The notes beneath the pieces were generated by a model. That model made no database searches and had not been told where the DNA came from. It worked only from the letters and a program-made list of their open reading frames with translations. DNA of 64,000 bases from Amoebophrya sp. A120 (taxonomy: Eukaryota; Protista; Dinoflagellata). The stretch is taken from contig CAJINV010000007.1 in NCBI GenBank assembly GCA_905178155.1, positions 2,709,151 through 2,773,150 of the forward strand. Reading direction: 5' to 3'. Of the stretch, positions 1-11,394 are shown piece by piece. Position numbers and translations under genes: made by a program. Within the stretch, counting starts at the first letter, position 1, and every line of letters starts with the position of its first letter.

Positions 1-785
1 ACCGAGAAAATTTCCGAACCGAATAACAGCGAAGACCGCAAACCAGATGACCCGAACCAGGCGAGGAGCAAAGAAAAAACAAACACAGCACACACTGTGG
101 CGTGTTCATCATCTTCATACCGAGAGGCGTCGAGCGACCCTGACAATTAGGTTTTTCTGGGAACGGAATATTGACTCCACTGTCCGCAGTATCTTCACGA
201 CCTGGTTTTTTTTTGTTCGCAAGCCGCAGATGGCATTGTCAAGAACGGCAAGAATTCAAACAGTCCTAGTAGAAAAATCCGGTCGTAGTCGTCTGAGATA
301 AGTGAGTATCAGTGTTTCGTAAAAAAGCGTTGGTAGGTCGTGTCGTACAGTATACTTCCAAGTAAGCAAGAACGCAGGTAAAAAGGCATGTAGCAAGCTG
401 CGGCAGCGTAGGAGCAAAAGGTGTATAGTAAAAGGGTATAAGGCATGCGTCGAAACTCGTCGCAGCAGTCTGTTTATTTGAACGTAGAAGTAGAAACACT
501 CAGGCAGTTTCGGTAAAAAAGCTAGAATGAAATAGGGGGGTGGAGAACATGAAAAGCAAGGCTACTTAATGTCTTGATGGTTAACGTTCATAGTGTCGCA
601 ATTCTTCTCGCCAACGGGCATCAAGTAAGCAGGATAAACTCAAAGTTTTCAATGGTGAATACAAACAAAGTTAGCAACTCAAAATTTTGATAAACTGGTT
701 TCGATTGGTCGTGTCTTTTCATCAATTTCAGCAGGTACATTTTAGATAAAGGTGCGGTTGAAAGCAGGTACTTGTCGTTTCTAAC

Positions 786-3700
786 TTAGCTAAAGCTGGG
801 GAGCACCGGATTATTGAACGGGTTGTTACCGTTCATTTCCTCCGGTGTCAACATATTGGGCGCCCCGGTCAACTTCTGCAGGTGCGCCAGAATGTCGGCC
901 TCCGAGATATGTTGCATAGCCGCGGAGTTGTCTGCAACATGCTGACCCGCTGCAGCCATGTTGATGTCCGTGTTCAAGTTCAGGCTGAGATGTTGTTGAC
1001 TGGCTGCGACTACAGCAGGATCGTCTCCGCAATTGGATGAATTGCTGCTACTCGACACAGCGCAATTGCGCATATCCGGCATGGCACAGGGGTCGTACAG
1101 CTCTTCCTCGTTTTGCTTGTTGTTCGCTTTGTTCGCTTCCGCCGCGTTTTGCTCATTCGCCAGCGCCATCTGCAGCACCCGCTGCACCTCGTCGTGAATC
1201 ATGTCCGACCGCTGCTCCTCGACCGTTCCGGCAGTGGAGGATATTACAACCGGTTGTGTACCAGCTCCACCTGCACCAGTGGACGTCGCTGCTAGCAGTT
1301 GCAAGGAGCTGCTAGTTTGATGCTGTTGTAGTTGTACGTCTATTTCCATGTTGGTCGCGCTCGACTTCGGCGTGGGTAGGGAAGCGATGTTCCGCACCTT
1401 CTGCTTGTTCATGTTGCCCAGTAAGTGCATGTGCTGGTTGCCCTGGGATTTGCTGTACGCGTACGCGAAGACCTTCTTCACCAAATCCCACTCCGCAGAG
1501 AGGTTCAGGGATGGCGCTTTGCTCACGCCGATGATCGTCGGGAAGATCACAAACGCCTCAATCCAATTTTGCCGTGTGATTTCCACGACGGCCTTCGTCG
1601 TCGGGTCGGAGATGTCAAAAATGTTGGTGAGTTTCGTTCGGGAGGAGAAAGAAGTGGTGGAGGACGAAGATCTGGTCGATTTTTGCGGCATTGAAATTCT
1701 TTGAGGTCTACTGGTACTGGCATTTGTTTCACATTAACTTTAAGACTTCAAATTCTTCATGCGTGTGTGTATGAGCACCACCACAATAAAGACCTGCTAC
1801 AACAACTTTCAACACACAACAGCATCAGAAACAGAAGCATTCTTGATTATAGCTGCACTTGTTTTTGTTTACTAACAGCAGTTCTCCACGCAATTTACTA
1901 TACCTGCTTCCCCCCGACACCGTGGAGCTCGTCATGCAGGCCGTGCACACTCCGTTGTGCATGACGTAGGAGCATTTTTGCTCCCCAACGAGTGCGTTCT
2001 GTCCCGCCATGTTTTTTCCGAGCATCACGTCGGTAGAGAAATTATGGCGCTCTCATCTGTTACATTCTCAACTGTTACATAAATTTGCCATGCAAGAATG
2101 GCAAAGGTGAAAGGGATGACCTTGCGCGTCTTGCATGACAGATTCCGCCCAGATTCTCAGCCTGTTTGGCTCTTCGAGAAATTGTCATGCGAAGCAGCTT
2201 GAGCGTGTCAATTCTGATTGTGATTTTGCATGACAAATCGTGTAACAGTTGAGAATGTAACATTTTTTGAGAACGCCATAGAAATGTCTCATCCGGTAGA
2301 CCGACAATGCTTGGTAAATCCGGACTTTCTTCGTCAAGGCCTGGCTGTTTGCTCCTCCACCGTTCGTTGGCGTGTTGGTCGTACTAGAGGCGCCTGGGGT
2401 CGTATTGCTATGATTGGCCACCGGGGTCATCTGGTGGTCTACTTTGTCTTTGCTCGCAGAATTATTTGTCGTTCCCTGCTGCAAAACGTGATCTGGAAGA
2501 TGGTGGATCGTGTGAAACCCGACGCATTTATTGCTTTTGTTCTGCGCGGAAAAAGCTCTGTTTCGGTGGTTCGTTCCGCAAGAGCTTCGGAGTGAAATCG
2601 GCCTAGCAACTGTGTGGCTTCTGAAGCGCGCTCAAAATGTCCACTACCATGGCCATGGGGCGCCAGGCTGCGATAGGGAGTGGCGCTTTCGAGGTGTTTC
2701 TTTTGCCCCCAGAGCCCACACCAAGAAACACAAAAAGAAGACGCGCAAATTGGACAAGTTCCCAGCCGCAAGTTGCCAGAAAAGGACTCAGTTAGCGGCC
2801 AGGCACAAATGCGAGGGCCTAGGGCGGAAGGTCACCGGGCCCCTCGGGCCAGACTCAGACAACAGTTTCTTCGCAGCTATCGCAGCAAAGAAGCCGGCTT
2901 GCACCCAACCGCGCCCCCAGCTGCACGCCCAACAATTGCGAGGAAGCATCGCCCGAGCCAAAGAAGCCAAGTCAGACCAAGCGCGCGCACTTGCTCGCGG
3001 CAATCATTTGGAGGCCTTTTTCTGCAACTTCGGGCCGCCAAGTTTCAGGAAAAGGCCTCTTTTCCCTTTTCCGGGCGCTTCGTGCTCTGCTTTGAGGGTG
3101 CCTGTCAAAAAGCGGCGCGTCTGCTTTGAGGGTGCCTGTCGCAAAATAGTCCTCGCCATAGTCGCTAAGCAGCACGCCGGTGGCCGGACAGCCCAGAAGG
3201 CATGCGCGCACAGCCGCGCATAGACATTCGCGCTGCTCCCGCTGGTGCCACCGAAGGCCGCCAATTGGCACACGGAACGAGGGCGCGCGCGTCAGGGTAG
3301 AAGGGGCACAACCTGAAAAGGCCGGGGCGCTCTTGGGCCGCCCTTTCGTGCTTTTCTGCCCCGTTAGTTGCCGTCTTGTTTTCATTTGGTCGGCGTTTAG
3401 GAGCCTTTTTCTTTGCTAGGCCGATTTGTTCCTAAAGAGCTTGCATTGGACGAGGAGGACGCGCAGGAGGAGCTCCCAGCAGCAGCTTCCGGGTTATTTC
3501 GCTGCGTAATCACGGGCCCCCCACCGGGCACAACAACTCCGTAGGGATGACTGTTCGTCGCTTTGCTTACACTCCGGTGGAGCGGGGTTGGACCGTAGGC
3601 GGAAGGGGGGCTGTTTTTTTTTGGTTTCAAAGTTTAGTAGGCTGGTTTAAGTTTGCACAGAAGCCGAAGCTCGTCCTTACGTGCCTGTCCATTAACTTCA

Positions 3701-6700
3701 GGCTTACTCCGAAAGCATGGGTCTAGATGTATGGGGTGCCGAACTTGCCCAGAACTTGCGCAGAACTTGTCGGGCCGGTTTCCGGTTGGGGCAATACAAA
3801 AGGGCGCCGGGGTTCCAGGCAACGGGGGCCCAACCTTCCGCCGGTCTATACTGCTCAAGTGGATGCCGGCTGCACGTTGGTGCGAGACAGCAGCGCACCA
3901 AGATGAACCACCTTCTAAACGACGGCCAAACGCTACGGCAACACGCTTGCACACCAACCGAAGATGAGCACGATGCGGCATACTTCCCCCACAGCCGAGC
4001 GCCTGTCCGTGCTCGCGGCTGTGGGCACGACAAGAAGGCAGGCCTTTCTTTGAGGTGTTGCACCGGAGGGGGGGCGCGAGAGCGAGTGTCGCCCTGTGGC
4101 GAGACAGCGCGTCTACAGCCGGGAGCATGCCACACCAGCGCAGCAGGAGATAGGATGAAGGGACAGCGCCATCGTGTAACGCGCGTTACACGAGGGCATG
4201 CGGCTTCGTTTGCTGGAATGCGATAAAGCAAAGCGCTTCGGGGGCGCGCGCGATGACAACAAGATAGAAACATCCTCGGCGGGCCCGCCCGACGACTGGA
4301 GCCGGCCCATCCACGCCGGGCGCCGAGAGGGGAGCAGGCTTGGCTGCGCCGAGCCAACACCCAGGCGACCTCCGACGCCGTGACACCTCGCAGCCCGCCC
4401 TCCTTCACAAACCGAAAAACCCCCGGAGTGGCCCTCTGGCCGCTTTAGGGTTGCGAGGCCCCCGAACCGGATCACACCACGGCGACGCTCCCATGAAAGA
4501 GCACGTCGGCCGCTGGCGGTGCCGAAGACCGGCACTTCGGTTCGACGGTGCGAAACACTCTCGCCGACAAAGACAGGGCCCGGACCACCCTCGTGGCCCC
4601 TTTGGCGGGGCTAGCTATTTCCGCAATTATTCCCCGAGGAGCTTGCTCGCGGAGCGCCTGCGCAGGAGCCTGCCCCGGGCCTTGTTCCGGACCAACGAAC
4701 CTACTTTCCCCGGAGGCTCATTGCTCGGAACTTGCCCCGAGACTCACTTCGGAACTCTCCCGGAACATGTCTGAGACCTTGTCTGAGACCTTGTCCGAGA
4801 ACTTGTCCCAGAACTTGTTTGGAACTTGCGCAAGCTTTTTTCGTGAGCCGTAAAAGAGAAACCGAAAAATTGGCTGTCCCACCGTGAAACGAGAAAAGAA
4901 AATGCGCCAAAAATGCCAAAAAAAAAAGGTCTGGGCAACTTCCGAGACAAGTTTTGGGCAAGTTCTTACCCAAGTTCTGAGCAAGTTCCGGAGAAAGCTC
5001 CGGAGGAAGCCCCACGTCGAATCCCCAAAGAAGTTCCGGAGGACCAAGTAAAGGTCCGACCACAACTCTGAAAGAAACAGAGCACCCCCGCACCGATCGG
5101 CAGGCCACTAGCGGCATACCAAATGGACAGACCTAAACCCAAACTACAAGAAAAAGAAGTCCTCTCCGTGGTGGGAGTTTGCACAGAAGCCGAAGCTCGT
5201 CCTTACGTACCTGTCCATTAACTTCAGAACATTCTCCTGACAAATCACAACTACTATAGTAGATCGAGATCCATCAAGAAGCAAAACGCAATACAGATTT
5301 CTTCCCGAATCGGGATGGTCCAAGTGCGTGCGGGGTGTCAGGCTGTGCTGATGCTGCGGGTTGTTGGCTAAGACGAAGTTGCTGTTTATTCGGTTTTTCT
5401 TTCTGCAAGTGGAAGATGATGATCTCAATGTCAATGCAAGAAACGCTCATATCATCCATCTTCACACAGCAATATCAAACATGTTTCATCCTTGCCTGCT
5501 TATAGTTGCTTCAAATTCGTTTTCCTTAAATAATCCACAACGACCTGAACCAATAGCACGAAGCAAGACAAAACATAAACAGAACGAATTCAAACTCTTA
5601 CCCTTGCCCTTGCATCTGTGCGTCGGTTCTTGCACTTTCCGATATCACACTTAACGGCGGACTGGGCAGGGGCATGCTCATTCCGCCGGATGAGGTTGGA
5701 CTCGGCATGCTCACGGAGTGCGGGGGCGGACTGTCTAGAGCGTGTGGATGTTGCAGTCCTGGGCGCTGCGGCATGGGAAAGTGGGTCGGCGTGCTACTGG
5801 TTGCTTGTTGATGGTTCATGTGCTGGTGGGGCGGGTGTTGGTTCATGATTGTTCCCGGGCCACTGCTCCCGGGAAGATGGTGGTGTTGGCGCTGGTGTCC
5901 TCCTTGCAATCCCGGCGGCGGCGGCAATCCCGGTGGCGGAGGCATCTGCGAGGGACCCGGCATTCGATGACGCCTTTCTCGTTGCTCGCCACGGTGCAAC
6001 ATATTAGCAGGTGGCATGACACCTCCAGGCGGTGGGAGAGTTGTTGTACTAGCGCTGTTGTGATGTTGAAATGGTCCGGAAGGAGGAGAAACCCCTCCCG
6101 GGTGGTGCTGCGCCGGGTGCGTTGGAAGATGATGCCCGCCTTTGTTAAACGGGTCTGGGAAGAGCGCTTGCGAGGCCGCACTGGTCCTCTGCGTCGGGAT
6201 TGGCGGTGCGCCACCAGCTCCTCCTGCCGGGGGCATCGACATGGGCATCGGGGGCAGCGGCATGTTGCCCGGCGGCTGCAGTTTCGACGGGAGGAAGGGG
6301 TTAAACCCCATGGACAACCCAGTCCCTTCCTGCGCGTTCTGGAAGCCAACCGCATCCGCCACGTTCTCCGGCGCAAGCATGCCATTGCCACGACGATGCT
6401 GGTTACTATGATGTTGCTGCTGGCCTGCTGGCGCGACCATATTGTGTTGAAGAGAACTACCCGAGCCGGACCCGCCAGCAGCCGAATGATGTGGCGGAAC
6501 ATTATTCTGCGGCGCAAGAAAGCCCCCGCCCTGCACATCTTGCTGTTGCTGTTGCACCATCAGCTTCGCACTCCCTGCGATGGTTCTTTGTGTCGGCCTG
6601 GAACCAATGTCGTCAAACGTGATCGGCGTTGACAGATCTAGATTTTCTGCTCCACCTCCTGCGGCCGAAGCAGCGTTCTGCTGCTGATCAACATGATTTC

Positions 6701-8135
6701 CGCTGTGCTGCACCATGCCGGTCTCTAACGCTTCTTGCGCCACGGGGCTGATCTCGTGGAAGGTTCTCGAAGAGCTGTTCGTGCCAGGCTCGCTGCTACT
6801 AGTGTTCGCGTTCGTGCTAGAAGAGCTGTTGCTGTTCTTCGTGCTTGCGTCCCCGCCCGTGGACCTCACTAGTTCAATCACCTCGGACACCAAGTCGTGC
6901 ACTTTCTCGGCTTCTATTAGCTCCTCCAGTTCCTCCTGCCGCTGCTGCTCCTCGCGCTGCAACTTGCGCAGTTGCTTGGTCGTCAGCGGTTGTTGGTGCT
7001 GTTGCTGTTGTGTCACCTGGTCGTGCTGGAGGGGGTGATTCAGGTTCGGGCTCTGCGAAGTAGAAGATGACGGTACGGAATTTTGTTGGTGCGCAGCGTG
7101 TTGACCAGCAGCTACTCCTACTTGTTGGGCAGCTGCTGCACCTTGACTTTGACTTTGCATAATTTGGACCTGTTGCTCGGCGATCATGTTAGTTTGCAGC
7201 GTCGCGTTGCAGTGCTTTGTCCTTTGAGTCGGTATTCCGCCCGGGCCTGTAGACACCGTGGCGGCTCGAGTGGACGTCGTCGAGCTAGCGGATGTAGTGG
7301 AGCATGACAAATCCCGCTTCATGCTCCCACTGGTATCCACATCCGACGCGATGGAGCACACCGCAAAAGCGTCGCCCCGAAGGTTGTCCGCAAAGGTGAG
7401 AAGCTCCTCGTAATTGCACCGATGGGCGGCGAGTTTCACCTAAAAAATTTGGAACATATTACAGCTTCACTTGTTTTCTAAATAAATTCTATCACCGAAG
7501 GGAAGTGGCCGAGTGTATCGTGGTGGGCAAACTACCCTGGAAAAAAGATTGGATGAGTGAACAAACGACCTTGCAAGGCTGCATTATCGCGCTATCTACG
7601 TTGAACAAAATCGACGAGCCACAATTCAGTACTTTGAAGGTTTCCCCGGTCTCTGGCAAGAGCAATTTCCCGTCCACTGCATTGTAAGCGTCAACGACCT
7701 CCTGGATGCCCTTGCCAATCGCAAATTTCTCAAACAGAACATCTTCGTCACCAAGCGTAGAGCCGTTGCGGTTCTGCTCGAGGTCTGTTTGTATTTTTTT
7801 TCTTTTTTGTACTAGGAAACTCGAGTTGAACTCATGTTCATCGCATCATCAACATCTTCGAACCTGCATAACATCTTGCATCTTACTCTTAGCGCATGCA
7901 TGCGCAATGGTTATGGTAAAAATCGCAGTATGCATCACAAATCTTCGAAAAGTACTGCCAAAATAAGGAAATTCATGGTACGCAAGAGTGTCCGCATCTG
8001 GTCCGTCGGCAATCCTCGCCCGTACTTTAACATAGTCATTTCTTCGGCCACCTGCAGCAGGCTTTCCACCACCGTGTGGCGGAACGCGACGGCGCCCCGC
8101 TCGCTGTCTTCCAGAGACGAAGAGACAGCCGCCAT
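786..8135 (-). CDS. Multi-exon hypothetical low-complexity (Q/H/P/S-rich) protein
   Basis: ORFs 7935-8135, 7492-7677, 5598-7439, 5144-5434, 3397-3630, 2185-2484, 1825-2028 and 786-1691 can be joined in frame. The joins use GT-AG introns (e.g. 3611-5210), a GC-AG intron (2603-3421) and a non-canonical intron (2043-2280 plus its duplication). No domain recognised. Confidence 0.65.
2043..2280. mobile_element. Introner-like inverted-repeat element forming a non-canonical intron (family A)
   Basis: Ends TATGGCG...CGCCATA, with a perfect 22-bp IR core TGTTACATTCTCAACTGTTACA, flanked by a GAAAT duplication. Removing the element plus one duplicate gives in-frame RHF|STDVM. Confidence 0.85.
2603..3421 (-). 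other. 819-nt GC-AG intron with TAGCAA/TTGCTA termini and GGCC duplication
   Basis: Splicing joins ...GTNR|PISLR in frame. 2595-2609 and 3413-3427 form a 15-bp perfect inverted repeat. Confidence 0.65.
3650..5227. mobile_element. ~1.47-kb GC-rich non-coding insertion (3702-5175) flanked by a 52-bp direct repeat
   Basis: 3650-3701 and 5176-5227 differ at one base. Interior has 11-12-bp GAACTTG subrepeats (~3741-3772, ~4727-4830, inverted ~4931-5040) and a 22-bp palindrome at 4172-4193. Confidence 0.6.
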
Positions 8136-11100
8136 TTTTCTTTCGGAAAAAGTGCAGTTGCCTACACAATGTCGATTCGCTGAAGAAGGAATCTTCTGTC
8201 GTCGTGCGAGAAAACTTTAATTATGTGTCAGTGAAGTATTTTTAAGAGTAACTTGTTGCAGAAAGACAAATCCAATGTGGTGCATGGAAGGCACAATAGA
8301 GAGACCTTTATGTTCTCTTTCTAACTCCTAGACCGACGACCTCGAGTCTGAGTCACCAGATGCTTCAATTTATTCACCGACCTGCTGTTTCTATTTATTG
8401 TTTCACGGTATAATCTCCTGAATTCTACACCTGTTCGTTCCCTACTATGTCGATTGATGAAAATGTGCACATCAAGATGAATCAACGAAGTGGTTGTTCA
8501 CTTATTCGTTCAAGATGGTAGATTCACGATGAGTTGAAAATGACTTCTAAGCGAAAAGGTTCGGAAAAAAAGCGATTTGATTTGTTCCGCCACGGTTGAT
8601 ATTGACCAGGTACCAAGGTCCTCATGGCAGAACTGCAGTGCGGGACGACGACAATTCCTAAGCGACGCAAGACAGTTTGAATTTCTCAGAGGGCAACAGC
8701 GAATCAATAGCAGTGACAGCAGCTTTGCGGCAATTTGCGACTTTTTTCACAACTGGAGTTAATATACTGACTAACTTTTACTGACTAAAATCTAAGAGCG
8801 ATCAAAAAGGGCATACTAAATGTCTACACTTGCACAATATCGCTGGTCGTTATAAATTTTAAATGCGGCTAGCAACGCAGATGAGAGACAGCACGTCAAA
8901 CAGACCGAACTTTGTTTTCGCCATATTTTGGAAAAATCGCCGTTGAAGACCCTACTAAAAACAGGAAGATTTTTCGATTCGTTCGCGATAATACCATAGT
9001 TATGCATTCTTGTTGTGCTGCGTGAAGAGCCTGTCAGTCTTAGTGCAAATGCAATACATATACTTACAAGGCGACAATTACCAGAGAGCACTCGCGAATT
9101 TTGAGCGACCGCTAATAATGCAAGAGAGATTGACAAACAGAAAAACTACTTAGCACTATGTGATAGGATTTTCAAGAACGTGTGTAGCCGTGAGCTGGAT
9201 GCGAATACTGAATGAAAGAGGTACCTCCTGCTAAAAATTCATCAAGGCGAGTTCGGAAGGCTACAACGTTCATTATGGATGTGTACTAGATCATCTACCG
9301 TAGTATGCTGAATGCCTTCTGTTTTTGCGTAGTTAGTCGTGATCAAGGTCGTCAGGATGTCCTTGCTAGTCGAAGTCTTCATCTAGGCAGGCACTCTACT
9401 AGTAAGCCTCTGTCATCACAAGCCTTGTACGGGCACATTCGCTAACGCTATCGCTAAATTTGAGTTTTACTTATTTAGAGAAGCAGTATTAGTCTTGTGG
9501 CTTTTATTGCAATGAGCGATGTGTTTTGTCCGGGAGGGTATACATGAGCTATTTCCTTACCGTAGATAATATCACTGTTAAAAACAAAAATTTCAGCTGC
9601 ACGATTTTTCGCACTCCTTATTTCTTTTAAGCTTTCTAATTTCAGGAGACATCCATATGGAGATGCTTGCGTTGAAACTGTACTGGCTAACTCGCATTTT
9701 GAAGCGTCTTCGTGCAGAACTTGCTAATTATCGCTGCGGTCGTCGATGATTGCTGCTGCAGAAGGCAACGGTTCGTTTTGCAAAAAACAAGTGGCATCAC
9801 AACATAAACCGAAGAGGACAAGAGGCATAGACAATGACTCGGTTGACGGATCGACAGGCGACGACACAAAAACTTCATCACACCGGATGAAGACGAAGTT
9901 TGAAAATTCGCAGTAAAACATTTACAGCATCAACGATGTAACTTCATCTTCAGTTCTTCTGCAGTTTTTTTCTGCGGAGATTTGATTTTGTTTTTGACAT
10001 CGGGCGGCCACAGGAAAAAAAGAACAGACGAGGAAACCACTCATGAAGCCATATGGCTGCTCTTCCCCTCGACGCTGTGCAGCTCTGAGGCACTGCACAC
10101 TGTTGCAGATATTGATATTAGACAGGAAGAGCCGCGTCAAGGGAGTTACATTCATCAGGAGTAGGAGTTGTAAGCCGAGTCGTAGATGAATTTTTTTTTT
10201 TGCTTTTTTCCATTTTTTGCTTTTTTTCCATAAGATAAGACAAAGCCTACGTACCCGTATCTGAAAACATCATCACACCGCGGCGCCACCAGTCTACAAA
10301 ACGCAATACCATCTGCCGTTGCATCGCTAATGTCAGAGTGGAAATGCGAAGAAAGACAAAGTGAAACTGCTTTTGCTGCCAGTTCCGGAAGCCTGCTCAG
10401 GCTGGGGGGAGCCTTTTATAGAATCCGAATGTACATGTAGTACTCGGAGTAGTAGTGCCTTGATCTTCACAGGATCTCGTTCTTGTCGGGAAACTACAAG
10501 GCCATGCCGTTAATGTCGTGGTCTTTAGATTTCGTGCAACCATGCTTGACTGAGTATTTCTCGTTGTTCACAGCTTCTCATCTTACAGCCGTTTTCAACC
10601 ATTTCGTCGAAACCAAACTCTGCAGAATTAGCCTACCACATCGCGCCAAACAATACGTGTTGTTGTATCAGTTCTTGTACTTATCAGGTCGCTTCTTTCT
10701 GCTCATACCCTTTTCCCTTTTCCCTACCTTCCTAACGAACCATAAAACTGAAACGAGAACAAAAAGGTGAACCTCTAAGAGCGCTTCGCACATATTTCTA
10801 GCCAGTCAATGTCATCAAGTTTAAGGTAAGTGTTTTCCTCAAAATAAACTGTAGTCGTGTCAGGTGATCCTATGATCGCGCCTGCACTGCACTACTCAAG
10901 CCTGTGCATGACGTAGTACTTAAGTACGTACCTGAAAGTCATTTGCTTGCCTGATCAAGCGTGACATGCCCATCCGAATCTTGCTGCGTTGACTTTTAGT
11001 TCTTCTTCTTGTTCTTTTCATCTACCAAAAATCAAAGTCGCTATACTATCGTCTTGTCTACCATACGTTGACGAAATGCAATGTTTCTTTTCTTCTAATA

Positions 11101-11394
11101 CTACAGTTAAGCGACGAAAAGCCTCAGGAGACTAAACAATCCGAAAACACACAATCATGGCTTTTAAGTTGTCTTCTTTCTGATTCCCAATCCTATTGAA
11201 TAGGATTCGTTGATTGTAGGAATCCCCTGGACTACGTGATAGGTGTCGCCCAGAGTTCGAGTTGGTTTTGTGGTTGCTTTACAGTACACAATTAGATTTC
11301 CCAAAACACGTCAGAAGTGCAAGCCCATGGCTGGTTCGAATTCGACCAGAGGTGCGACAAGAAGCATCTTCAACATCTTCCCCAACCTCTTCCC

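Noticed and set aside
4727-5040. Short periodic repeats as a CRISPR array
   Set aside because: Degenerate 11-12-bp tandem units with no unique spacers, no cas genes, and a eukaryotic context.
5132-5140. CCTAAACCC telomere-like motif
   Set aside because: About one unit only; expected by chance.
2531-5184. ORFs of 100-234 aa in the GC-rich intronic inserts as transposase genes
   Set aside because: They overlap in many frames and show no DDE, RT or HUH motif; only ~3422-3610 fits as a host exon.
11189-11207. AATCCTATT-G-AATAGGATT hairpin as a terminator
   Set aside because: Isolated palindrome in eukaryotic DNA with no supporting context.
8200-11300. Short ORFs in this AT-richer stretch (and in 18200-19900)
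   Set aside because: No domain signal or consistent exon chain; treated as intergenic. No tRNA, rRNA or spliced-leader sequence noticed.
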